A stretch of 64,000 nucleotides of DNA, from the NCBI GenBank assembly GCA_038496445.1, contig JALMLS010000322.1:248001-312000 (forward strand). Direction: 5' to 3'. This DNA is from Trichosphaerium sp. ATCC 40318. Lineage: Eukaryota > Protista > Tubulinea. Position 1 is the stretch's first letter; every line of letters starts with the position of its first letter. This document shows, one piece after another, positions 48,879 to 64,000 of the stretch. The translations under genes and the position numbers were made by a program. The notes beneath the pieces are model-generated. The model searched no databases. It had not been told where the DNA came from and was given only the letters and a program-made list of their open reading frames with translations.

Positions 48879-50652
48879 ATGGTGTCACACTTCTTGCTTG
48901 CCTTGGCAATAGTATCACTCTTCGCTTTAAGCGCAGCTTCCTACAGAGTAGACTACAACGCTTGGTATCCTGGCATTAGCTACACTGGACGCGTCAAATC
49001 AACACCACAAGGCTCCGTACAGTTTGATTGGTCTAACGTTCAAATACATGCTCAATTCCTAGGCTCTGCGCTCAGGTACGCTATCAATCTTACTATTGCT
49101 AGTTTTGACACTTGTTTAGAGTTCTTTTAAAGGATCCTGGTAACTGGTACAATGTCTATATTGACGGGGTACTACTCTAATAAGTGCAACTCGAAATAGA
49201 TCTCTTACAACATCGTCTAGACACTCCACCACGTAATTAGAACAAGAGCCTCAGTATTTACATACAACATACCAGCAGTAGATTGGGGAACACATACAAT
49301 TATTATCGCTAAGCGTAGCGAAGCATCATTTGGTGTTGTAGAGTTTTTAGGTACGTATTTGACAGCCGCGTAGACCAAAAATGGCAACTTGCTCTAGTTT
49401 GCTAATACCGCGTTTTCAGGCTTCCAAAAGCTTCAAGGCACAACAGTACTTGACACACAACGCACAGAAAAGACTAGAAGGATAGAGTTTATTGGTGACT
49501 CGATTACGTGCTCCTACGGCGTACTTGGAAGGCTCCCTTGTACGCCTAAGCGTTTTATATACTAGCGCTACTTTTGTTTCTAATATGTTTTTTAGGCAGC
49601 TTTTCAGTAAACACAGAAGACGCTACAAGGTAAACACACAAGTATAGAGTTGTTTTACCGAGTTTCATCGTATTCGATAGTTTTGGGAACTTCCATTTAA
49701 AGTCAGTTTTCCTTTTTTGCTCAAAAACCACTGTTTACTGTAAAACCTAGACCGTTTTTACATGTTTAAGGTTTTGAAGCCTTTTTCCCTTGGTAACAAC
49801 AAACTGGTATCGACAGTAAACTTGCGACTTTGACATTTTTTTTTTCCCGCAGTTTCTCAAGCCAATTGTTCTCTTTCTTGCATTTTATGCTTACGTTTTG
49901 TTCAGAGGCTATGCACAACTCACTGCCAAAAGATTCAACGCGGATATATACCAAGAATGTTGGTCAGGTCAGGGCCTGGTAAGGTATATTAACAACAATG
50001 CACATCATAGTAGACTGCAATGACTAACTTATAAAAGGAATTACGGAGACGCTAATCCTACTTCTGTTGAGCCTTTTACTAAAAAGTACCCTCGCAGTCT
50101 TGCCAATGTACCTGGAGATGATTGGGACTTTTCAAAGTATCAACCACATGCTATTGTAATCAACTTGGGTACTAACGACTTCAGTACACAACCTAATCCA
50201 TCACAACAAGTCTTTGAATCAGGTACATTTTAGGTTTTTTTTCTCTTTGTATCACGTTCAGTGTTTTCTTTCCCTGACTCTTAACTCTACTCTAGCATTT
50301 CATGAGTTTATTAATTTCATCGTATCAAAGAACCAACAAAGAGCTAAACTATTTGTCGTTTGTGGACCACTTATCAATGGTGTTTGCTGTCAATATGTTC
50401 AAAACGTTGTAAGGTCCTCAACAGCTGATGTTCACTATGTTGATATGCAAAACATACTTACACAAGATGATCGTGGTTGCGATTATCATCCTAACGTACG
50501 CTTTTATATTCCGGCAACTCCAAAAAGCAACTGTTTTCCAGTCTGCGTTTTGATAAAATATATTTGGCTTACGTTTCTGCTAGGCACGTGGTCAACGCAA
50601 AATGTACAACAAGCTACATCCTGTCATCAAAAGAGTAATGAAATGGCATTAA
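48879..50652 (+). CDS. Secreted SGNH/GDSL carbohydrate esterase (CE2 / acetylxylan esterase-like)
   Basis: Signal peptide; FDWS, RRIEFIGDSITCSYG, WSGQG, INLGTND, GCDYHPN. Confidence 0.88.
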
Positions 50653-50905
50653 AACCACTAATAAAGACGACTCGTCCTTTCCATTCTTGTATGAGTTAGC
50701 TCACAAAATTGTACTTGCAAGCACAAACACTATCGTTATAGCCAAGCCCTTGACGTTCTCTTCACCTAGGCCAGATCAAACCAAGACTTCTAAACGTGCT
50801 TGCTGTATCATATGAATTGAGTTTAAGTCGAGCTTGACCTGGAAAGTTTGGCTCTCAAATTCAGCGAAACTATTTTGTACTCGAAGTGTTGACAACTTTT
50901 CTTTT

Positions 50906-52081
50906 ATGGCGGTTAAAAGAAAGCTAGTGAGTACATCTACGAATGGTACAAAGGCCAAGAAACAAAAAGTTGTTAAATCATTGCATGACGCTAAAACAAC
51001 GGCAGTTTTGAAGAAAATAGAGGGTACAGACGCGTACAAGCACGTTTTAGAATCTAATTAACGCTAGGACTTCAAATAACGCGTAAGTGTCTTAAAAAGA
51101 CTAGTTAGAGATATTCACGGCCGTGTAGAAGACTTCATAACGTTTGAGGAAGAACAAACTCTTATAGACGCCATCGATGCGCAACCATGGTCAAACGTAC
51201 TTAAACGACGCGTACAACACTACGGTGAGCTGTTTTGCTTTTTGTGAAAACCGATTTCTCACAATCTAAACAAATTCTGTCCTGCAATTGGCGTTTTGTT
51301 GAAATACTACATCTATCACGTGCTAGAAAACACCATTGTAGTTTCCAACTCTATTCAAAAGTGTGCTGTTTGCAGCTTGCTAGAGAAAATAACAGTTTTT
51401 ACCTATTGTGTTTGCTGTTCTATTCTTCTCAGAGTGAGAGATGAATACAATAAGCGGTTTTAAGCTGTGTTTCCTTGTTGTTAATTTTTTTTTACAGGGT
51501 ACACTTATGACTATAAATCTAAAAAGATTTCGAAATCAGACCGCTTAGGTGAACTTCCAGAGTTCTCTAAGTTCATTGTAAAATACCTACTAGATCAGAA
51601 TATTCGCGAAGAAGAGCCAGATCAATTGATTATAAACGGTAAACCACGTGACTGCACTAACCTTAGTACTAACTTTAGTTCACAGAATATCTTCCAGGGC
51701 AAGGTATAAGGTATGACAACTCACTAGTACTCCATTACTGAACTTCTTATCAAAATCTAGTGCTCATGTAGATAAGAAAGAGATATTTGAAGATGGAATT
51801 GTATCAGTGAGTCTTAGCAGTGATTGTGTAATGGATTTTATAAATGTATCAACAAAGGAGAAACAAAGTACACCGTTATTTTGTATTTAAGTACTCATTG
51901 GGAAGGTGTTAACTCTTCTTTAGGTTTGTTACTACCTAGAAGATCTTGTTTACTACTTAAAGGTGACTCTCGTTATAAATGGAAGCATCAAATTGCAGGT
52001 AGAAAATCGGATAAATGGGATAGAAAAATTGAAAGAAAGCGAAGGATATCACTTACTTTTAGAAAAGTGATTTTAACTTAA
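50906..52081 (+). CDS. AlkB-family 2OG-Fe(II) dioxygenase (ALKBH8-like catalytic domain only)
   Basis: RRVQHYGYTYDY, PDQLIINEYLPGQGISAHVD, SVSL, LPRRS..GDSRYKWKH, RISLTFR. Confidence 0.9.
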
Positions 52082-52407
52082 TTTTATGTCGAAACTCTTG
52101 TCGCTGTCCTCGCTCATTGACTCTGCTTTGATGCGTCTGTGCTGAATAAATGGTAGTTTTTCCTAAACAAGTGTGCGTCTAACATAACCAAATGTGTAGA
52201 ATACATAATTCCATCACTTGAGAAGAAAAGCACTGAACTCCTGCTTACCAAAAGCACAGAGAAACAGCCTATAAAAAATTCCACTAATTCAGTTTTGTTG
52301 TAGTACTATTTTACAGTATAAAACACTATTTATTGTATGCTAAGTAAGAAAAAAGACAGAAAAGTATTGTGATACAATCATTAGTTTACTTTAGCATAAC
52401 CATTCCC

Positions 52408-53158
52408 TAGATTCCAATTAATAAAAATACGTATTCCATGGTCTGAAACGTACCAATAGGAACTGATAATGACATTGCCGAGACAATACTGAAAACGATT
52501 GTAATAACAGCTCCAGAGAAAAGCTACAAATAAAAAATAAAATAGTTAACAAAAAAATCTTATCTTCTGGAACTAACACACGACGTACAAGCTTTCCACC
52601 ATCGTCACACTTGATAAAAGAGTTGGAGAAGCAAAGTACTCCCTTTTCATACGCTACAAGAATGTTGTTAAACCGAATACACTACAATGAGAGTGCTTAC
52701 CAACGCAAGATGCAAAAATCGCGGCTAGCATGCTAAAGAATACAACAAAAGGGACGAAATAAGGCTTTGAAGTGAGAGCCAACACTAGTGATGAAATAAT
52801 AAGTAACAAAGCGGTTAGCTACAAGGAAAGTAATGTCCAAGTTTCCCCGTTTATGTTTTTTACTTTTCACGTGATTATTCAAAATTGTTTATTAAAAATT
52901 TCCAAAATGAGTTTAATCGTACGTAGGTAGAATAAACCGGCAAAAAATGCGGCGATGGTGAGGCCGTAGTACGGAGCGAGCAGTTTGTTGTCCATGTTAT
53001 CCGTTTTAACTTCTTTACCAAAGCCAACATTAAATACAACAACACCAACTAGGCGACGCTATTAGCACTTTGTATCTTAAAGAATAAAGATTGTGCGTAC
53101 CTGAAAAGCCTACTATTACAATAATACATAGTAGCAATCGTGTAGAACTATAACTCAT
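52408..53158 (-). CDS. Small multi-pass membrane protein, unknown function
   Basis: Signal-like N-terminus MSYSSTRLLLCIIVIVGFS and several hydrophobic exons. Confidence 0.5.
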
Positions 53159-54035
53159 CTTCTTTTGCTCTTGTTTAAAGTATCCAAGTGGTACGTTTTT
53201 GATTGTAGAATTCTCGAGTACCATCATTGACTGTATGTGTACTATCACGCATGTGTACCGTCGTTTCCTATGATTAGAGGAGTGGTTTGTTTCCTGTGAT
53301 TAGAGGAAGCAATAATCTTGACACTGGTGGAAATCGGTAATATGATACTTTCTTAGCAGCACCGCTTTGATTCTTCCAGAAATTACCGGAAGAATCGTAA
53401 ATGTAGAACGACTTATCACCTACATCTTTAACCTGAACGTTATGAATTCGGACAGGTCTTGCTACTACAAGTCTAGTGGTTGTCCTGTTCGAACAGTTGC
53501 GACTATTGCGGTCACATGCCTCATGCGTTATAAACGAAAGATCAACACCTCGCAAAGAGATCACCTCTGAAGCACCAAATATGGAATCGCAGGTAGCACT
53601 TCAATAAAAAGGTAGCAAGTCGATTTTGATAGTGGTCCTCGATGTGGAATTACAGTTTGACAAACAAGTAACGGACGCCAATAAAGTACCCTGGAACTAG
53701 CCAACAGCGAACAGACGTCGCTACTATAAAAATCGAGGAACTAAACACACTGAATAACGTATCGCACTTAATAACGCACGGTGAGACCGTTTGCAGGCGT
53801 AAATATCGGAAATGGCAATCGTGGAATAATCACAGAAACGGAACGCGTACAATACGCGTTACCTTGATTCTAGGTTGTTTATACGCTCAATTAAATAACG
53901 GAATATTATTCAGTACACAAAAAAAACTTGGGAATAAACTATGAAAGAATGACCCAAACTCTGCGACTTTTTCGAGTCAACATTATTCGTTGTGAAATTT
54001 CTTTCGAACTGGTCTTGGATAGGATTGTAGCATCT

Positions 54036-54087
54036 AACAAAAAACCTTTTAAAATACAAAAAAAACAAAAAAAAACTAAAAAACAAA
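54036..54087 (+). promoter_or_regulatory. A-rich 5' leader of PABP (candidate autoregulatory element)
   Basis: About 50 nt of oligo(A) runs directly before the PABP ATG. Confidence 0.6.
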
Positions 54088-56839
<2,752 letters not shown>

Positions 56840-57396
56840 GACCCTTCTCCTTTAAATGCGACCCCTACCACGTTCATGAAGTGAAAGATAACTTTCACAC
56901 CAATCCAATCAATCCTATCCAAAGTCCAATAAAATCCATTTAAAAAACCAAAACTGCTTCTTTTTTGCACAACAAGCTCTCCTTGAGCCTTTTTCCATTT
57001 TATTTTGTTGCTTCTTCTGAAACAAAATTCCGTCTTTATTCAATATAAATGTATTGAGACAAGTATGACAGGCAGAAAGAAACTGGCAAAACAAGCGTTA
57101 CTAATAAGGTAGCTTAGTACATCTGGTGTTGCTGTGCCACCATGTCAAATATAAAGATAGTTTATTGTATAAATTCTATAACGGTTTTAAATCAAATAAA
57201 TAACAGTTAGCGAAACAACCAGCTAGCTTCATGTTCGACCTGTCCTTTTCTAAATAAGAAAAGATGACACCTTTTTGAAAAAGTGCTACTAGGTTATGTT
57301 AGGTGTATCTGGTACTGGTCACAATCGAACCGGCAACTCTGACAGAATGTGTTAACTTAACGTTCTTGCTATTAAGTTTCTAACCTATCAAGTACA

Positions 57397-58326
57397 ATGT
57401 CAACTGACACTCTTCAATTACCGCCAGAGCTTTTATATCTTATTGTAGATAAAGTTAACACTTTTAAACTATTGAAGATCGTAAGGGCACTAAATACGCG
57501 GTATTGCGATGTCACAAACAAGAGCTTACTATACAAGGCACGCAGCAGTTGATATAAACTGCTTTTGACTTTATTGAGCATAAATGACCCTGTTTAGCGT
57601 CACATGCTTGTACCTAAGAAAGGGTTCGTTATAAAACGAGGTAACATAATGAGACGTTGGAAAATGCGTTATTTTGATTTGGGAGTTGATAAAATAACCA
57701 TGTACAAGGTACAAATGTGTACATTTTTTGATGTGACTGTTTAACCTGATCTTTGAAAAAAGAAGTAAAGTTGTCACTTATCATGCCATTTTGTAATTTG
57801 CATAGTTTGTACAATACTCTCAAGTAGAAAAAGTCTGAAGTCATTCATGAGCTTCTTCTTCAAAGCTGGAATCAATCCGAAATTAGGATTGTTGCTTTCG
57901 CCACTTTAACTAACTGTTTGTTTTTGATAGAATGAAAAACAAGAAAGAGCAATATTGGTATACCCATTGGAAGATATTTCAAATGTACAAGTTGAGGATA
58001 AGATGAGCACTGAGCACCAGTTTGTGTGGTCTTTTAAACAAAAATATAAAGGCGATTGGAGATCGATATTTTTTCGTGTTGCCAGCGAGGAAGATGCACG
58101 TGATAATTTTTTATTTATAGTTGTTTATAACTATTTCTTTTTATTATGTCGTGTTCCTGATATTTTCGTGATTCTCGACTACCAAGGCATTTATTACTTC
58201 TCTTTTCACAAGATTACCGTTACCGAATGAACTTTTTCAATGAAGTTAATACTTGTTCTTTTGTAGGGAAAGGATTGGGTAGAACATATGACATTGGCAG
58301 TGGAATTATCTCGTATTGTACAATAA
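57397..58326 (+). CDS. F-box + PH domain protein
   Basis: LQLPPELLYLIVDKV (F-box); KKGFVIKRGNIMRRWKMRYF...VASEEDGKDWVEHM (PH); two of three introns are GC-AG. Confidence 0.8.
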
Positions 58327-58680
58327 ACTATACTGTCTTTTTTTAATAACTTCTTGTGTGTTTGCTGTCACGTGGACATCGTATTTGTTTTGAACCACAA
58401 TCAATTAGTCCAAACGTTTGGAATATACTAGTTGTAAAATCACTTTTGTGGTGATTAGACAACAACTTAGCCTGTGTATTCTTTTTGGGTGTATTTTGAT
58501 TGTGTAGTGCTAACTATACTCATAAAGCTCATATCATAGTCTAGTTACCCTTCGTCCCATTCTTCTCAAGGCTGTATGTTACGCAACTTATTCTTCGAGG
58601 TAGTAACAGTATCTCTAGGTTTGCGACCATCCTGTGACTGTCACCTGTATCTTGTCTATGAGTGTCATGTTCTCTTCTCT

Positions 58681-60995
58681 CTAAGTATTCAAAACAATCG
58701 GTTTTGCAAATCCAAAATCAAGCTTAATATCAGGTCTAAAGCTATAAGAGTAATGTTCTGCTTGTTCATGGGGTACTTAATAAGTTACATACCTAAAATG
58801 TGTAATCGTTGCAGCTATGCTTCCTGAATCACCACTCCACCAGTATGGAATGACAATTACAGTAATTCCTGGATAGAAAAGTGAGAATGTTATCTTTGTT
58901 CTGTTACATTGTTTATGGTACCAGCTTTTCTCAAATACTCTTTTTTCTCCTTGTCCATGGATGTATAACTACTCGCAGGACCAAATATTGTGTTTCCGTG
59001 GTAGTGGTGTTCACCTTAAGAAAGTTGTCTTAGTACAACACTACGCTGAACTAAAAAAAAGTATATTGTACTACCTTGATACTCAAATGCTAGTCGCAAC
59101 GCAGGTACGAATATATCAACCATATAAGGACGTTTCCTATTTGATTCTCGAACTTGAATAGGATGTTCTTCTAAAACCTCATACCCAGGGAGTACTTTTC
59201 TAATACAAACCCAAAGAGTCCTTTTTTGTAAGAAAATGTGAACAAAAAAAGAAAGATACGAAAGTGGCTCTTAATCCCTTACCTCTGATGTGCCTTTTTT
59301 TCTTTTTTGGTAAATAGACCAAAATCCCATTTATGTTCAGGATGAATCAGCTTAAGACATTCTGGCCAAAGACCATTTTTAAGTGCTGAACCTATTCAGT
59401 AAAAGTAAGTAAAAAAGAAGAATGCTCTGCATTGTGTTATTCATCTGTTTTTGTCGTACCGCCATTGTTGCGTAGGTGAGTCACAGATATTCTGTACCAA
59501 TCGTCAGGGTTCTTAATTCCAAGCCGCTTCTCTAGTCCTATATATATACGTATGAGTCAGAAGTGCGAACAAGAAAAAATTTTAATAAAGGTGTTATGAT
59601 TTTACTTTGTCATCTTGTACCTAGTAGAACAGCCTTTATATTTTCATCAGACTTCCAGAATCCAAGTTTTTTATTCCTAATAAATAGTTAATATAAATAA
59701 AGGACTGTTTACAAGCATATTGGGTACAACGAAAGTAGGTGAGTTACAAAAAAGTTGTTTGACCAAAAAATGAACTTTTCTACATAGCACTCACTCAAAC
59801 AAAGTACTGTCCCACTCGTATTCATTGTATACTGACTCTAGCGCTCTTTGAATACTATCTTTGTGCCTAGGGTACTATAAGTTACTTAAACAAAGGTTCG
59901 CCTATACCTTCGTATAAAACCTCGATAGGATGGAAATTCTCTTATCTTCTCAGACTTAGCTGTATACCAGTCACTCATCACCTTTATGTTGACATGTTGC
60001 GCAACAGCTTCGAGCCATTCTCTTTGGTGCTTTCGCGTTGACCAAAAGTCTCTTGGTGCAATTCTTCATAAGTACTATTAGTAAACTCTCGAAACCCAAA
60101 AACAAAACATTGACTTACTTAAATCGCCATACCACCCAATTGTATTCCGGGAATATGCTTTGAAGAGCTACAGTTAAGGATCCTTTGTATCTATATATAA
60201 TTTTTGAAGCTTAGTAAAAGCGTAAGGAAGTAAGGAGTTTCCAACAAATTGAAGTTCCTTTGTTTTTTGTTTTGGACTCGAATAAATCGAACTTTGAGTG
60301 TTTCCTTCACTTACAGTTTACTAGCATACAGAATCTTTCTTCCTCCCATGTCAGCAAAATCCTCTGCTGTTATGTTATAGAACTCATCCAAAACCTTGAT
60401 ATTGTTCTCTTCTGCAAGCACCAAAAAAGCTTCCCTTTGTGATTCAACATCGCTCAAAGCAAAAGGGATTAATGCTCTACTCGATATTAAAATTGCAACG
60501 CACGTGAATAACTTATGAAGCATCACGTGATACTGTAAGGTAAAGTACAATTTCTACGTACTTGAAGCGAAAAATATCCCACTTAATGTGAGGATAAACG
60601 TTTTGGAGGAGACGTCTGAGGCTGTTGTCGTATCTGTACTTTTTTTAAGTTCTCGTGTTAAACCAGTTTTCCGCGTTTAAAAATAACGTAAATGAGCGTT
60701 ACGCGTACCTTCTGAGCACTACAGAGGCACCTTGTTCAATTGCATCTTTAACTGTTTTATTGTACCAATCTGAAGGTTCTTTTATGCCTAGTTTTACCTC
60801 TAGTCGCTTAACGTATGACTTTTCGTATTCTAAGCGCTCGGATGGCGTGTTTTCAAAATTAAGGCTATTGTGATCTGGTAATGCTCTTTTTTTATAGTTT
60901 GATACAGAACCTGGTCCATGTTAGGTGGTATAGAGGAAGATTAGTTAACCTCGGTATCTAAACTTTGCATTTGACGCTGCGCTCCTTAATTTCAT
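58681..60995 (-). CDS. Trp-rich ~70-aa repeat protein (4 repeats) with C-terminal RAP/DUF559-like domain, paralogue 2
   Basis: Repeats e.g. GFWKSDENIKAVLLGLEKRLGIKNPDDWYRISVTHLRNNG; C-terminus VDIFVPALRLAFEYQGEHHY...DKEKKEYLRKAGITVIVIPYWW; start approximate. Confidence 0.8.
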
Positions 60996-61180
60996 TGCTT
61001 GTAACGCGTAAAAAACATATGTCAAGTGTTGTGGGAGTTACTAACCGATTTTGCTACTGAGACAAGTCGTACTTGTTCAAAACAGGCTACTGACATTCTC
61101 ACACGTTACGAAGCGCTCTTGGGTAGCTTCAGACGCTGTTATTTTACACTTAGCGTCAAAATGAATGTGGTATAGCAGTT

Positions 61181-64000
61181 ATGACATTGCGTTGGGTGGC
61201 ACTCTCAAGAAACAAGAGAAGACCGCATAGTAAACCTTCTACCAAAATTGTGCCATGGTTTTTATCAAGAGTTCAACAGGAGTTTCTAGAAAGAGTACGA
61301 GGTATCTGACGCGTTTGAAACCATATTAACGATAATTAAAGGTCGGTGAAGAACAACAGTACAAAATTCTTGATGATTTTTATAAAGTGCGCTCTAGGCA
61401 CTTTTTTGAGAATAAAGGTGCTAGTTTAATGGGGTACGGAAGCTTTTTGATTAAATGTAGTATTTGTTAACGCATTTTAGGCAATTTGACCATAACATAC
61501 CTGCAATCTTTAAGTCAGCGTATCCGAAGCACCATTGGGAAGCCAGTAAATTCCGTACGTCACGAGAACACGAAGAAATAATCAAAAAAAAGTGACAGTT
61601 TTACGTTTTGGACGAAAACGAGTTTGCCATCAAATGTTGAGTTTGTCAGTTTTCTTCACGTCTATTATTGTATTTAACACGTAGTATAGAGTATATAGGA
61701 TATGTACCAAGGACTAGATTTGAACCTCAAAAGTCTGTAAGACTAGAATCTTATTAACTACTGTTTCTTTAACTTTTTTTTGAAAACAAGGTTATCATGC
61801 AAACTATTGAGACACCTCCGGACTATATCCTTGAATCAGATGTTAGCTATATAATATATGCAAGTAACAAAGCGTAGAAGCAAAGCCTTATAATCTTATT
61901 TATATTAGTGTGAAGAAAAACTTGGTATAAAAGAAATATCTGATTGGCATCAAGTGTCAGTTCGTGACATGTGCAATTTAGGAGGTTGGAAACTTCTGTC
62001 ACGGTATTGGTATCACTTGTGATTTATTCTTAACTTTTATAAATTAGGTACCAGAGGTCTGTTTATACGTTCTTAAAAAGGATGTATCCTGATCACGCAT
62101 GGAGACCATGGAGGTTTCCAGGTAACACTTTTTGTTAATACATTTCCTTACTGACAATGTTTAGATCAAACATTACAAGGGTATTTCTGGACACAGAAAA
62201 ATCGGAAAAGATTCCTTAAGGATGTAAGAAATAAGTCAGTTTTGAAATAAGGCTTTTATTTAGTGTTGTATTAGGTGGCTTTAAAATATAATGTGAAAAA
62301 ACCTGAAGATTGGTATGGCATTGGAGACAATGAAATACTTGCTATGGGCGGAAAATCGCTATTACAGTACGTAAAGAGTTATTTAATAATGTATGATAGT
62401 AGTAATTCATTGCACAAAGGAAACATGGCCAGTCCTTGCATGAAGTTATTCGACAAACTTTTCCTTCAATTAAGTTATATCAATTCAATTTTCGTACGTC
62501 AGTTATAAGAAATTTGAGTCGTCTAAATACTTTCTAGTACGATGTTTCACACCCCTTAATTATTGGGCGGATGTTTATAGAGGTATAGAATTTATGTACT
62601 ACGTACGTACTACCATCAACGAAGAAGAAGATCTTTGAACAAAAAATTATTTCTTGAATAAGCAGCGCCGATTTCGATTGCTTTGCTGAAGCTTGCTTAA
62701 CTTCATTGCTAGATTGAAGAACAATTAAACATTAAAAATATTGAGGATTGGTATAAATACACTTATGCTGATGTCTTTAAATATAACGGTAGTGGACTAA
62801 TGTCGTGAGTAATCTTTTTTTTTGCCCATCTGTTAAGACTTTTTGAAGGCGCTTTGCGACTTCGCTACCTGACTTGCTTGCTTTCTTCTATCCTGAATTC
62901 GCATGGCTCCCATGGAGGTTCTGTACGTATCACCATATCAACATTATATGTTAGCCATTAACAGCCTTTCTTCACATTTCCTGTTTGCCTAGAGAACAAG
63001 TTTTTTGAGCCATTAGGTTGTCACTAATATTTTTCAAGCTCGAGTTTCAAGGAACATGTGGGCTGATCATGATACACAAATGGCATTTAAGGATGTTGTA
63101 AGGCTACAGTATTGTTTGAAATGCTTATTTTGGTTTACAGTTAAGCAAGAAGTATGGATACAACAAGCCATCAGAATGGACTAATCTAACAACATTGCAA
63201 GTTCGTAGCTCTGGAGGAGCTGGATTTTTATCGTATGTTCTGTAGACAATGATAAACAACAACAGTTGACAGTTTTTTCCACTTGGTTTTACTGTTGGCT
63301 TTTTTGGAAAAGGCAGCTGCTCTGTTGGCAAAAATCACCTTTTTAAATACCTCAATACGTTTATGGTTTGAACTTATATTCACAAGGTACACAAAGTCGC
63401 TTAAGTGCCTTCTTGAGACTATTGTTCCCGAAATTGATTGGTCATCAAAGACTTATCCACATCATGGTATGTTTTCCGTATACTCTTCTAATTATCTATT
63501 GACAACTGCGCTTACATGCTTATCATTTAATGAAATTACTAACACTGTATTGTAGAAAAGAAACCGACGTTCTACTGGCAAGATCCTGTTACTTGTAAAG
63601 CGTTTTTGAATGGTATAAAGGACAAACTTGGTATAGTAAAAGCAGAAGATTGGTATCGTGTTTCTGTACCTCAGTTGACTTCATATGGTGGATCAGGTAT
63701 TGTAAATTACTGGCCCTTTATATTAGAAGAACTTCATCCCGAAGTTAAATGGGAATGGACGCAGTTCTCGACAGTAGAACGCCGTACACAACAAAGGTAA
63801 GAAATTTTTAGGAATTTACTTTAAGCTTTGAAGAGTTCTGTGTCACCATCTCTAACCTATTAACCTCATTCACACTATTAGGGCATTGTATATTTGTATT
63901 AAAAGTATATTCCCTGAACTACAGATACTTGAAGAGTACACCATGGGTGCTGTTGTTGGATCATCAACATCTCAAGTGACGACACTTGATATCTTCCTTC
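61181..64000 (+). CDS. Trp-rich ~70-aa repeat protein (6 repeats) with start of RAP/DUF559-like domain, paralogue 3; runs off window end
   Basis: MTLRWVALSRNKRR N-terminus; repeats e.g. YFWTQKNRKRFLKDVALKYNVKKPEDWYGIGDNEILAMGGKSLLQKHGQSL; ends QQRALYICIKSIFPELQILEEY...LDIFL. Confidence 0.8.

Overview
Eukaryotic nuclear DNA from a compact, AT-rich, very intron-dense genome (most introns about 40-120 nt, short intergenic spacers, standard genetic code). Gene content suggests a free-living amoebozoan-like protist (inference). About 30 spliced genes were reconstructed by eye: TAF5, a TIGR02452/bacterial-type PARG, a Nudix-like/metallo-beta-lactamase, two kinases, a PIAS/Siz SUMO ligase, proline dehydrogenase, a PhyH dioxygenase, an RGS protein, a large glycosyltransferase, NAXE, RPS25, a CARMIL-like protein, a BRCT-archaemetzincin fusion, a CE2 esterase, an AlkB-family protein, PABP and others. 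Highlights: (1) three divergent paralogues of a family with 4-6 copies of a ~70-aa Trp-rich repeat plus a C-terminal RAP/DUF559-like nuclease-fold domain and basic N-termini, a candidate modular organellar nucleic-acid-binding system; (2) a 1054-bp TA-flanked element with terminal inverted repeats inserted in the branch point of the only intron of a giant-virus-like F-box/MORN gene; (3) an H/ACA snoRNA in a PABP intron; (4) an intronic long hairpin in PRODH; (5) frequent GC-AG introns. All exon structures are manual and start codons are sometimes approximate.
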